Shown here: positions 1 through 11,300 of the stretch, in pieces
Position numbering within the stretch: position 1 is the stretch's first letter
Layout of the letters: the number at the start of each line of letters is the position of its first letter
Source: Eubacteriales bacterium
Lineage (GTDB): Bacteria; Bacillota; Clostridia; Oscillospirales; JAAYXM01
Assembly (NCBI GenBank): GCA_045614365.1
Contig: JAZLCV010000207.1
Location: 1 to 56,089 of the forward strand
Reading direction: 5' to 3'
Length of the DNA: 56,089 nt
Position numbers and translations under genes: made by a program
The notes under the pieces: model-generated
Told to the model about the DNA's origin: nothing
What the model saw: only the letters and a program-made list of their open reading frames with translations
Databases searched by the model: none

Positions 1-1
1 C

Positions 2-697
2 AACACTGCGCTCAAGCACGGTCTTTCCGCAACGCTTATGCCCAAGCCTGTATATGGCGAAGCTGGCAATGGCATGCACGTCCATATTCTCCTTATGAAG
101 GACGGCGAGCCGGTTTTCTCCGATGACAACGGATATTCAAACCTCAGCGAAACCGCGCATTACTTCATCGGCGGACTTCTCAAGCACATCGCATCTCTCT
201 GTGCTATAACAAACCCAAGCACAAACTCCTTCAAGCGCCTTGTTCCCGGCTTTGAAGCACCGGTAACTGTCGGCTATGCAACCTCTAACCGCAGTGCGGT
301 TATCCGCATCCCGGCTTATGCAAAAACGCCGAATCTCCGCCGCTTTGAAATCCGCAATCCTGATGCAACCTGCAACCCGTATTTCTGCTATGCAGCTATT
401 CTTATGGCAGGTCTTGACGGAATAAAGAACAAAATTGACCCGCACACAAACGGCTGGGGTCCGTATGACGTAAACCTCTATAATCTCCCAGAAGAGGAAA
501 AAGCAAAGCTCAAAAGCCTTCCGACCTCGCTTGACGAAGCTCTCGATGCGCTTGAAGCGGATAACGATTACCTCACTGCAGGCGGCGTTTTCCCGAAGGA
601 GCTTATTGCAAACTTCATTAAAACAAAGCGTGAGGAATGCCGCCGTATGGCTGCCATCCCCCACCCCGCAGAATTCGAACAGTATTATAATTTGTAA
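2..697 (+). CDS. glnA: Glutamine synthetase (type I), C-terminal part. The 5' end lies outside the window.
   Basis: The frame is open from the window edge (..KHGLSATLMPKP). The motifs GNGMHVH, NPSTNSFKRLVPGFEAP and SNRSAVIRIP are typical of the GS catalytic domain. The stop is at 695-697. Confidence 0.9.
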   Translation, partial: NTALKHGLSATLMPKPVYGEAGNGMHVHILLMKDGEPVFSDDNGYSNLSETAHYFIGGLLKHIASLCAITNPSTNSFKRLVPGFEAPVTVGYATSNRSAVIRIPAYAKTPNLRRFEIRNPDATCNPYFCYAAILMAGLDGIKNKIDPHTNGWGPYDVNLYNLPEEEKAKLKSLPTSLDEALDALEADNDYLTAGGVFPKELIANFIKTKREECRRMAAIPHPAEFEQYYNL

Positions 698-704
698 AAT
701 GGAT

Positions 705-747
705 CAGAAGTGGCTGTTTCACTCATTTAGTGAGACAGCCACTTCTG
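705..747. terminator. Hairpin between the convergent glnA and DUF4838-like genes.
   Basis: 18-bp stem (cagaagtggctgtttcac / gtgagacagccacttctg, one G-U pair) with a 7-nt loop. A T-rich stretch follows further downstream. Confidence 0.5.
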
Positions 748-766
748 GGATGTTATAGATTCTTTT

Positions 767-2707
767 TTAGAATATAATAGCCCTTGCACCGTCTTTTGAC
801 GCTTCCATGAGATAGTGATTTACCGAATACTTCGAATAATAAATGTTGAAATATTTGCCGTATACGGCACCAATACTCTCACAAATTCGGTTGAACTTTT
901 CCTGATGTTCAACTGATTTTTCATCTTCACCTATGTACTTGGCACAAAATGCGCGTGCAAGCTCTGTAATGTATTCTGTCTGCATACCGAGAAGCTCCCA
1001 TGAAATATGCTGCGCTTTCGGAAGTTCTGCAGAGAGATACTTTTCGATTATGGGTTTAAAGTCATCTACAATACCTTCAACCTTTTCGGCAAAGACCTTT
1101 TGCTCATCACGAGTGCCCTCCGCATCCTTATAGTAGCGATAAACCAAAGAAAAGGCATCTGAAATCTTGCTTAAATATTCAAATGCTTCATCTGCGCCTT
1201 CACCATAGGTTTCTTCGTAGCACTGCTTTTCTTCCGCATAATAGTCAACATTTCTGTTCCAAAGTGTTCGTGCCAAAATTCTGTTGGGGAAATCATTCGG
1301 TATCTGGCAGTTGAATATCTCACAGGATATGTTTCCGCCAAGTCCAAGATTCTTCAGGTTGTACATATCTTCATAAACAACTCTTGAAACATTGCGAAAC
1401 CCCGGATCTCTATACTGATTCCACATGAGGTGATAATCAAAGAGGAAGGAATCGCCTTTGATTTGTTTTTCCTGCCAATCGCGGAGATATACAAGGTTTT
1501 CAGCTGCCGAGACCGGCCAGGTAAGTTTGTTGCGTACATAAGGCGTTTTCTCGGCGGGCTTGTCGAAATCGGAATAGCTTGTATCATATCCTCTCGTAAT
1601 CGGAGCGAACATAAGAATGAATCTGTCGGGATTCTGTACCGTAAACTCCACAGGCTCCCACAAAAGGTCAACGTAAATGAGACATACGACGCGTGACTTG
1701 ATTTTCTCTTCCGTGAGGCGTCTGTCAAGGTCGTTAAGCATCATTACATACCAATCGGACGGTCTGTGCTTCTGGCATTCCTCACACTCACAGTGGTTGT
1801 TGCAGCCGTCAGCAAGCCAGAAATGAAGATAATCCACATCTGTATTTTTCTTGAGATAATCTACAATAGCTTCTACAATTGAATCCCGAACTTTCTGCTG
1901 TGAATAACAGAGCTGGGTCGCCAAAAGTGAGAGCCTGAGACTGCGATACATCTCTCTTTTGCCATTGCGCAGAGCTAATATTGACCTTTGCTCTTCGGTA
2001 AGAGCCTCGTTAGTGGTAATCGCTCTGCACTTTGCCTCATCGTGAAATCCTACTGCCTGTATATGCCAGCCATGTCCGACTCCGTGTCTTTTCAATCCTC
2101 TTTTCTTTGCTTCATGGGTTATAGCTTTGAATGTTGCTTTGCTATCCTCGTCGGTAAAGTTTTCGGCGCTATAATAGCCGATGCAATTATTTTCGGGCTT
2201 AAGCCCTTCTTTGTAATAATTGTTCAGTCCTTCTTTGGGGAACCAATCGATTATATCAATCTGTGTCTGAGTTGAGCCTGATCCGCAAAGGTCCATACCT
2301 CTGAATCGGTAAGAAGCTTTTTCTTCGTAGTCGAAATTAAAGGGTGAAAGAACCTTTTTCTCAATAATCTCACCATCACGACCGGGGCGAATCCATTTGC
2401 ACCCGAGTTTTTTTAAAAGACTGTACACACCAATAAGCACGGATATCGGATTCGTGCCCGCAATCATACCTGCATTGTTATTTATTTTAATGCGGAATGC
2501 ATCATCCATGGAAGGCTCCGGAACTGCTGGTGCAAATGCAGGGTCTGCCATCAGCCAGAGTGCATCCTTGCGCCCCGGATTATATGCGTCATAACAGAAA
2601 ACTTCAACATCAACAGTCTCGTCTATTTTATAAAGGTATCTGCGAAGCTCATCTAACGCAAACTCCACTGTTTCATTAGTGCCAACACGGCAAATTCTTA
2701 TTTGCAT
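767..2707 (-). CDS. Cytoplasmic DUF4838-like glycoside-hydrolase-fold protein (646 aa). The family assignment is tentative.
   Basis: Long ORF with a GAGGAG RBS and no signal peptide. It carries the Cys cluster DGCNNHCECEECQKH and an N-terminal region resembling GH20/GH67-type accessory domains. It is the last gene of cassette 1. Confidence 0.5.
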   Translation of the reverse strand: MQIRICRVGTNETVEFALDELRRYLYKIDETVDVEVFCYDAYNPGRKDALWLMADPAFAPAVPEPSMDDAFRIKINNNAGMIAGTNPISVLIGVYSLLKKLGCKWIRPGRDGEIIEKKVLSPFNFDYEEKASYRFRGMDLCGSGSTQTQIDIIDWFPKEGLNNYYKEGLKPENNCIGYYSAENFTDEDSKATFKAITHEAKKRGLKRHGVGHGWHIQAVGFHDEAKCRAITTNEALTEEQRSILALRNGKREMYRSLRLSLLATQLCYSQQKVRDSIVEAIVDYLKKNTDVDYLHFWLADGCNNHCECEECQKHRPSDWYVMMLNDLDRRLTEEKIKSRVVCLIYVDLLWEPVEFTVQNPDRFILMFAPITRGYDTSYSDFDKPAEKTPYVRNKLTWPVSAAENLVYLRDWQEKQIKGDSFLFDYHLMWNQYRDPGFRNVSRVVYEDMYNLKNLGLGGNISCEIFNCQIPNDFPNRILARTLWNRNVDYYAEEKQCYEETYGEGADEAFEYLSKISDAFSLVYRYYKDAEGTRDEQKVFAEKVEGIVDDFKPIIEKYLSAELPKAQHISWELLGMQTEYITELARAFCAKYIGEDEKSVEHQEKFNRICESIGAVYGKYFNIYYSKYSVNHYLMEASKDGARAIIF

Positions 2708-2751
2708 AATCGTTCTCCTCTCGGTAAATACGCATTAACACCTATATGTTT

Positions 2752-4302
2752 TTACTTTACTTTATTATAGGCTGCCTCATAAACTGCAAGGATCTCATCA
2801 ACAGGAAGTGTTGCAAGTTCATTCTGGAAAGCATCCCATTCACTCAGCGGTTTCTGACCAATTGCAAATTTCTGAATATTTTCATTTACAAAGGTAGTAA
2901 GCGTTGTTGAAAGGTCGGCTATCTTCTGCGATTCCTCCGACGTAAGCGCCAACCACATCGTCGGGTTAAGCTCAGAAACCGTGTGTTCAAGGAGGAAATC
3001 GGTTACCTCATACTGTTCTTTTGAAACCGTTTCACCTATCGCATCAGGATCAAAGCAGATGTTTACGCCACTTGTATTGATACCATAAAGCGTCTGCACC
3101 GTTTCTGCGCCGTCTCCTGTTATGAACTTCTTTTCGCCGTTTACAATCTCGTAGGTTTCTCCCTCTTTTCCCCACGAAACGAGCTCTATTGCTTCATCGG
3201 TGTAAAGCCAGTTTATATATCTGAATGCGTTTGCTATGCTTGCTGCATTTCCGGTGTTCGCAATTGCATATCCCTGTGGCGGATAATTGTATTTGTTAAG
3301 CTTGTTCACACCGCCCTCTGCCTTCGGAGGCATCATAGCCGCCATTGTAAAATCAGGATTTTTAGGACGTGCAAGCGTGTTGAAGAAGTCTATACGAACC
3401 TGATATTCCGGCATGAAAAAGCCACGGTTTGTTGCTATAAGCTCCTGCCATGATGCAGTGTTTATAGTAAAGCAGTCCGGAGAAGCAAGGCCTTCGGATA
3501 TCATTTTATTCAGGAACGACACTATATCATACATCACATCTTCGCGCACGCCGTAGCACCATTTATCAGCATTAAAATCATAATATGCGCTGTAATGGAA
3601 GCCTTCTTTCCAAGATGAGCCGATTACGTTTATATTGCGAAGCGCTGTGCGGAGAGCGAAGGGGTATGAATCCGGATATATCTCTTTAAGCTTCTTTGAA
3701 ACCTCATAAAGCTCATCCATTGTTTCCGGAGCTTTTAAATCATGTTTATCGAAAATATCCTTGCGGTAGAGCCAGCCACGAATATTTGTGCTGCGCTCAA
3801 GTCCGTAAACGGGAGCATAATATATCTTACCATCGTAGCTACGGCGCGTATCAATCATCCACTGCTCGTCCTCCGGCACATTCTTCCAGAACTCATTGTA
3901 GTCCGGAAGAAACTCTTCATAGTCGTCGAATGCAAGAAATGCACCCTGCTCACAAAAGTTATTGAAACTTCCCGGTTTTTCACCAAGTGCGAAAATATCC
4001 GGCATTTTGTCAGGAGCTGCCATTACAAGTGTAAATTTTGTTCCGAAATCCGCTTCTGGGACTGCTGTTATATTGATCGTTCCGCCTACGTTTTCTTTGA
4101 CGTATTCCCAGATCTTCCAATCCTCTTCATACGGCCAGGACGGATGGCTGACCGTCATCACATTGAGAACTGCATCATCGGGAATTTGCTTACCTTCCGG
4201 GATATCGTAGGATACTCCGTCGGAACGTGTTCCTGTGTTGCCGCACGCGCAAAGCGAAAGCAGCATAAGTGTTGCAAGTGTCAGTGCTATAAGTTTTTTC
4301 AT
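2752..4302 (-). CDS. Extracellular solute-binding lipoprotein of an ABC sugar transporter (family 1, LplA-like), 516 aa.
   Basis: The start was moved to MKKLIALTLATLMLLSLCACGN (lipobox LSLC-AC) with a GGAGGA RBS at 4312-4317. It has the length and motifs of large oligosaccharide SBPs and is a close paralog of 29734-31296. Confidence 0.85.
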   Translation of the reverse strand: MKKLIALTLATLMLLSLCACGNTGTRSDGVSYDIPEGKQIPDDAVLNVMTVSHPSWPYEEDWKIWEYVKENVGGTINITAVPEADFGTKFTLVMAAPDKMPDIFALGEKPGSFNNFCEQGAFLAFDDYEEFLPDYNEFWKNVPEDEQWMIDTRRSYDGKIYYAPVYGLERSTNIRGWLYRKDIFDKHDLKAPETMDELYEVSKKLKEIYPDSYPFALRTALRNINVIGSSWKEGFHYSAYYDFNADKWCYGVREDVMYDIVSFLNKMISEGLASPDCFTINTASWQELIATNRGFFMPEYQVRIDFFNTLARPKNPDFTMAAMMPPKAEGGVNKLNKYNYPPQGYAIANTGNAASIANAFRYINWLYTDEAIELVSWGKEGETYEIVNGEKKFITGDGAETVQTLYGINTSGVNICFDPDAIGETVSKEQYEVTDFLLEHTVSELNPTMWLALTSEESQKIADLSTTLTTFVNENIQKFAIGQKPLSEWDAFQNELATLPVDEILAVYEAAYNKVK

Positions 4303-4327
4303 TTTTGTATTCCTCCGTTTTTTATTT

Positions 4328-5281
4328 TTATTCTTCATCGCCGTACAAACGCTTGACAGCGTGAACAATATCCAAACCATGCTCTCCCGTCACCGCCGGT
4401 TTTTTGCCTCCGGATTTCATTTCCTCGATGACAGCTGACATCTGGAAAAGCATTTTCTCAGGCTCACATTCTTTTTCTTTGAAAACACCGTCGACACCGC
4501 AGTATCTGACTGCATTACCAATTATTCGAATTTCGCCCTGAGTGAGATACAGCGAAACCATACATGTTATTGCAGCAGTATGTCCGATAAGATTAATCAG
4601 GCCAACTACGCCGTTTTCCATTTTTACAAACGCAACGGCACTGTCTTCAACATCATAGCCTTCTCTTATATGAACCTTTCCTGTAATCTCCGCAACTGAA
4701 GAATCTGTGAAAAATTTCATCTTGTCAAGGCTATGCGCACCGAGGTTCATCATTATCCCGCCACCGGACATTTCCTTTTTCAAAAACCATTGCGGACGGG
4801 ATGGGATAAAATAATTCTGATTTCTTGTTTCCGATATGCTGACAAGCTCTCCCAGTTCTCCAGAAGCAATAAGTTCTTTTGCAAAACGATATGCAGGAAC
4901 AAAGCGGTAAGGATGCCCTATCCAGAGCATAACGTCTGCTTTTTTACACGCCTCTATCATTCTTTTGCAGTCTTGTGAACTTACACCCATCGGCTTTTCC
5001 AGAAAAACATGAATTCCATGCTGTGCAGCAAAGCAAGTTGCCTCACCGTGAAGCGCATGCGGAAGCGTAATAAGCGCAAGATCAATATCTTCTCTTTTTA
5101 TCAGTTCTTTGTAATCAGCATATCCTTTCGCACCTGTTTTCTCACATACAGCCGCAAGGTTTTCGGAAGATATATCGCAGGCGGCAACAATTTCTGCATC
5201 ATCAATAGCTTCAATTGCCCTGACATGCTCCCAGCTTATCTTTCCACATCCGATAAGACCAATTTTTATTTTCATTTTCAA
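4328..5281 (-). CDS. Gfo/Idh/MocA family NAD(P)-dependent oxidoreductase (317 aa).
   Basis: N-terminal Rossmann motif IGLIGCGKIS and the EKP motif (FLEKPM). It sits between the giant gene and the SBP gene. Confidence 0.85.
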   Translation of the reverse strand: MKMKIKIGLIGCGKISWEHVRAIEAIDDAEIVAACDISSENLAAVCEKTGAKGYADYKELIKREDIDLALITLPHALHGEATCFAAQHGIHVFLEKPMGVSSQDCKRMIEACKKADVMLWIGHPYRFVPAYRFAKELIASGELGELVSISETRNQNYFIPSRPQWFLKKEMSGGGIMMNLGAHSLDKMKFFTDSSVAEITGKVHIREGYDVEDSAVAFVKMENGVVGLINLIGHTAAITCMVSLYLTQGEIRIIGNAVRYCGVDGVFKEKECEPEKMLFQMSAVIEEMKSGGKKPAVTGEHGLDIVHAVKRLYGDEE

Positions 5282-5328
5282 GTTCCTCTATCCAGTGGGT
5301 GGAAGCAAAGCTTCCACCCTGCATTTGC

Positions 5329-8300
5329 TTACTTTATATAATCGAGTATCCTCTTTATCAGCACCGCGACCTCGGCACGTGTGGTATAGTCGGTCGGTGC
5401 GATGAGGTTATTCTTGCCGTTGACAATTCCTGCGCCGATGAGGGCGGAAACAGCAGGTTTTGCATATTCCGCAACGATTGTGAAGTCAGCATATTTCGGT
5501 TCATCATCAATACCGAGCTCTACATTGAGCTTTTGCAATGCTCTGTAAACGATTACCATCATATCCTGACGGGTGACGGAATTTCTCGGGGCAAATTTAT
5601 TTTCGCCTATTCCACCGACAATGCCGTTATTACGCGCTATTGCAAGCTCGGCTGCAAAATAGTCACTTGCAGATACGTCTGCGAAATTCTCGGTGTTATC
5701 TGACTTTAAGTCAAATGCACGTACGAGAAGCAACGCAAAGTCTGCGCGGGTGATATTGTTTGCCGGTGAGAATGTTATTTCCGATGTTCCCTTTATAATT
5801 CCTGCCGTTGCAAGCTTGTTGATTGCATCGGATGCCCATGTGTGGTTACTTAAATCCGCGAATTGCGGAGCAATGTTCTCACCGTTTCCTGCATTGGTGC
5901 TGTCGGAAGCATCGGTATTGTCCTGCGGGACGTCGGATGAGACGTCTCCGGCATCATCTTTGGATGAATCTTCGGGTGTCGGTGAGGCACCGCCGCCTCC
6001 GCCACCAGCGGGTGGTGTATCGGTGGTTCCGGTTTCCTCGTTTTTACTTCCGCCCGTGGTAGAACCGTATACAGTTATATAGAAGTGAACGGTTGACTGT
6101 CTTCCGGATTCATCCGTTGCCGTAACGGCAAAGTGGTTTCTGCCAACCTGAGAGCTGTCAGGCTTCCACGTAACAGTTCCGGTTGCACCGTCGATGCTTG
6201 CGCCGCGCGGAAGTGTATTTCCTGAATACGTTACACTCTTGCCAAGATCACTATTTGCTTTAAGCGGAACTGATATAGAACTTCCCGCCGAAACAGAAAG
6301 CGAAGAGCTTATCGGATCAAAATACGGAGCAAAATCTTCACTATACGTTGCAGGAATACGTGCCGTCTGTCCTTCTGCTATCGTATATATGTATCCAAGC
6401 TCTGTATTAAATGAATCCTTATTCCTTCTGATAGGTGAAATTTTACCAACACTAAGAACAATATCCTCTCCGGACTGTTCTGCATCGTAAATTCTGAATG
6501 TTCCGCTTCTGGTTAAATCGCCGTTGTCAATAAATATGTATCTGTCGGAAATATCTTCTATCTCTTCATCTGTCAAATCTCGTTCAGGAATCAACGTGAT
6601 TTTATTGTCGGTTGATATTTCTTTCGTGAAATCCTTAACAACACCTTCAACCGTCGCTGTCGAAACAACTTCAGGCTTGCCGATAATATCACCGTCATGA
6701 ACATATTTATAAATATTTTCACCGTCTCCATTAACAGTGTATACCCCAACAAAACCACGGAAAAGAATGTCTTTACTCTCTCCTGCAATTTCATCGGTAA
6801 CTTTATACGTTACAGTATTGTTTGTAGCATAGAAGATATAATCCACTCTTCCATCCACATGAACAACCTTTATTGCACGGCTTGCATCACCGTCACTCTC
6901 AAAGCCGTCTGCAACTTCAATCGGAAGCTCAGAGCTTGCTTCGAGATATCGGTTTGTCCTATACGGTTCAAAAACTGTGGTAAAAACAGTGTCAAGATTT
7001 TTTCCGCTATTTTCAAGAAGTACATATTTAAGCTTATCAACCTCTTTGTTTTTTGCAGCCTGCGGCGGAAGTCCGTCAGCAATTGCAACATTTGCAGATG
7101 CACCACGGGCAACGTTACCTCCGTTGAGAACCATCATGCGTAAATGTAATCCCTTTGAGTCTTTAATATTCTTTTTGAAGTCGCGGATTTCAAAATCAAC
7201 TTCAAAAGCATCTTCCGGTGACTCATCACGATCTACATTCCGAAGCCATGTATATCCTTTCGGATGAGCGGGCTTTGCCGAATCTTTACCAAACGGAACA
7301 TTTTTTCCGGCATAAGTGCCAACGTACTCTCCCGATGCATCAACCTGAGGAATAAGAGAAAGTCCGTCTGTTTCTGAGATGGTATTGCTCGTCGCGTGGA
7401 GGCTGTATGTATGAGTATCACCACCGAGAACGCGGAAGAAATCAACTGTGTATGACACATCATCATTGACACGAACCATAACAAGTGAACGCCTGTACTG
7501 CCGGGTAGCCTTATAGACATAGTCTGCCGCAACGTCCATAACCTTAACTTGCCCGTCATCATCAAAATGCTTCATTTTCCCACGTGTTTCAGCATTCTCA
7601 GACTGCTCTTCCTCATTTACAAGAACAGTGTTGTGATTAATGGTTGTTCTCGTCCACTGCATACGCTCCGGATCACTTCCCGTAAGCTTTGGATATCCGT
7701 GGTCAGGAAGCATATTAAGGCCGAATGCCGTAAGACCGAGATTAAGTGTATCAAGATGTCCGTGTCCCGAATTGGAACCAAAATACATCCACACATCACG
7801 GCTTACATCCTTTGCGGTTGTTGTGTTGGTATCCGTGTAATCACCGTAATCACGAAGAATACCGAGGCCGAAGTTTGTCATTGCTCCGGAGCCTTGATTG
7901 AGAGGTCCATAGGTATCAATAACCTCCTGAACTTCGTCCTGGAGACTTTCCGGATTTTCAACTGTTATATCATAGAAAAGGCCTCTTGAGCTTCTTCCGT
8001 TCAGCTCATACATAACCTGAGCAAAGAGCGGGTCTTTAAGTTTTTCCCAACCATTACGAGCAGAGCTTACATTACCCCAATGACCTGTACCGCACGTTGT
8101 TCCGGAGTCGCCTATCTGAGGAGTATAGTTTGTCGACATCATCGGAATATATGCGTAAAACAGCTGAACAAATTTTACATTGTTAAACAGATTTACCTTA
8201 TCGTATCTGTCGTAGTTGTCGAAAATCTCCTGGATCTCGATAAGCGCACTCGACCAGTTACGGTTGTACTGTGAAGCCTCATCACCCTGACCATCCGCAT

Positions 8301-11300
8301 CTATTCTATCCATAAGAACTTCATTTACGCCACCGCCACGACACTCCTGAGTAGCCGAACGAACCCAACCCGGAGCCATAAGATAATCAAGCCACTCAGC
8401 AGTTTCAGGCATACTGTCAAGCACAACTGCACATATTGCATTAGCCTTCTGCGGTAAACCAAAGTTACCGGATACCGAGCAATCACGAAGCCCCTCAAGA
8501 GCCGGACGAATATATCCATCCTCAATATTGGTGCGTATCTGTGCGGCTGTATCCTTTGAATGACGCATTTTTATGGTCTTGGACTTATTTCTCAGATAAT
8601 CAACTGTATACGGATCCTTATCAAACACGTCATAAATCATATCATATGCCGTTGCAAGTCTTGCGACCTCTTCACATTCCCAGATACATCCGACCATTTT
8701 ACCCGTGTTCAATCCTCCATCAGTGTTTGCAAATAAATTGCCGAACGGACGGAGATCATAATCCTTATAGAAGTCAGCAAGTCTATCAAGAAGAATTGCC
8801 GCCACTCTGCCATACTTCACTTCACCGGTATAGAAATATGCATTTGCACACGTACTGATTGCTTTCTGAACAACTGCGCCGGTAGTGGCACCTTCCTGAC
8901 GGAACAGTCCAAAATGGACATATTCTGCAATGTAGGTGTGACGTTCAGGCTCTCCGTTACTGAAATAATGAATTTTGCCCTCATCGTCTGCAGGAATGTA
9001 TCCCCAGCTGTCGTCTACACCCCAGGTTTCCTCTGTCTCATAGTCGCGAAGCCCCTCACCGCCATTAAGTGTTTTTACCTCATCAAGGTCTGTATAAAGC
9101 TCGTTATACAGGAAGCCACCTTTAATTCCGTAGCCATAATACTCCTTCCATGCCTTGCTGTGCTCAACGCCCGGATCTGTAACACTTAAATCAAGAAGCC
9201 CCTTCTTAAGCATCATTTCGCGGTGAGCTTCAAGCGCATGCATGCGGTCAAATTCACCATACTCATTAAGCCCAAGCTCATAGAAGCTTTCAAAATCATT
9301 TGACGGGAAAAGGCGCTTACAATCCGGACATTGCACCTTCCACGGACGGTTGATGGGATCATGCTTCCACGAAAACTGGCCGTATTCTTCCATCAGATTA
9401 ATACCACAGAAGCGACAACTCCAGCCGTAAGGATCGTTGTATTGTCCTGTGGCGATGGATCTCGGCACTCCCTGCGACGGAATCATCGCATAAATGGCAT
9501 CCAACTGCCCAAGATAGTTTTCGGCAGATTTCACATATGATGCAACATTTTTCTCTGCCCAGGCGTATTTCTTAACGTTTTCGCGTGCAATTCTCGCTTC
9601 TTCAGCGGTGTAATACGTCGAGCGCGATTTACCATACACAACAGGAATCAGTACATCTTCAAGTGTGCGAACTCTTCCGTCAAGCTCAATGGTAACATCA
9701 AAATAAGCATTGCCCTCAGCCACTGGAACAAATCTGTTATTTGAGCTGTCCACCGTTGCGTATTCAGGATTTTTTGCAGTCGCCGAAATAATTATATCGG
9801 TTGTATCAAGCTCATCCCCAAGGTTATCATATGCTGTGATGTAAATCGGAACGGTGTCTTCGCATCCCTTGTCGGTAAGACGGATGCGCTCGCTTCCACC
9901 TGCCGTTACGATAAACTCCGTGAACCCCGCTTCTTCTATCCCAATTTCAACAACATCATCAACCGTTACGCCGTTGAAGGTTGAGGTTACCTTAATTTTC
10001 GCCGTTCCTGCCTTGTAGGTCTGAAGGATATTCGCATCATCACCGGTAATATCTGCAATTTCAGGCGTCAACGACTCAAAGCTGTTTATTGCTGACGCAG
10101 CATCAATAATATGTCCGTTCAAAAGCTTGGGCGTTGCTATAAGACGGGATGCATCTCCTGCATAAAGAGTTTTCGCCTCAACACGTGCACCGGTAGAAAC
10201 AAGAGGTTCGCTTACAACTTCAACCGGAAATTCTTTGATACTTTCCTTACCGTCAATATACACAGTAAATGTCAACACTGTCTCGCCCGGAGCTTTACCG
10301 GTAATGGTAAAATCATTCTTTCCGTCGGCAAGAATACCCGGAGTATGTGCGTTTACTGATACAAGATTTTTCGCATCAGACAGAACAACCCTGTTTTTTT
10401 CGTCGACAAGCGTTCCGGAATATGACGGACCGAAATGGCGCAAGCTTTCGTCATTCATAAATACATAAGCTGAAAGATCAATGCTTTCGCCTACCGAAAT
10501 TACCTCGGGAACATCCACATCAATCTTGCCAAAGTCCACATCAAACCCAAGCGGAGTGAACGTCATCTGCCGCAGGAGCATATATGGCGTTTCCCCCTCA
10601 ACTTTATCACGTGCGGCAATAATAATCTCATTCTTTCCTTCGTTTAAGTGAACCGAATTAAGAGTTTTCACCTCTCCGATATCTCTGTATGTTACCGGCT
10701 TCGGATCCCTGAATTTGTAGTCTCCGGCGTACTGTCCGTTAACAAAAACAGAGTAGTTTGAATTGACGTAGAATATACCGCCCTCAAACGATAATGCGTA
10801 ATCTCCCTCAACTCTTGCGTCAATCTCAATTGCAAAGGCGGCATTTACGAATCTCGTACTCGTTATTGGCCAGATGTTTCCTCCGGAATAAACCTGAAGC
10901 ATATTCTTTCCGCCGCAATTATAAATTTTGAAGTTTGCATTTGACGATATCGACGTCTTTATAGTGTATCCCGGTGTTGCCTCGGGAACCTTGGAATTGG
11001 AACCTAAAACCGTTTGCGAGAAATCAATAACAAGCGGAGTGATTTCATCATAAACATAAACTTTTATAACCTTTGAACATCGATTTCCGTTCTCTTTTAT
11101 GGCGATTACTGTAATATTTGCCTCGCCTTCGCTGATACCTCTTACAAGACCGTTTGCATCTATCGTTGCAACAGCTTCGTCCGAGCTTTCATAGGACAGT
11201 TCATAATCGGCAATATTTCCTTCAAGGCCGTCATCCATAACAGGCTTTACAGAAAGCTGTGAGCTATCCCCTACAAGAAGCGATGTATTTACATCCAGCT

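Noticed and set aside
2752-4380. N-terminal extensions offered by the ORF track. These are 4380 for SBP-1, 39893 for giant-2, 44026 for AraC, 25738 for LysR, 23010 for AbiEii, 20932 for Gfo-2, 16298 for accessory-1 and 44067 for the GRE.
   Set aside because: In each case an internal ATG is preceded by a good RBS. It also yields a canonical N-terminus (signal peptide/lipobox, HTH or Rossmann start), whereas the extension overlaps the upstream gene or lacks an RBS.
5693-6082. Plus-strand ORFs with poly-Pro / Gly-rich stretches (also 32086-32463). They could be mistaken for proline-rich surface proteins.
   Set aside because: They are the reverse-complement reading of the G/P/T-rich linker (PPAGGGGGGA / PPASGGSGGGGGA) that precedes the SLH domains of the giant proteins.
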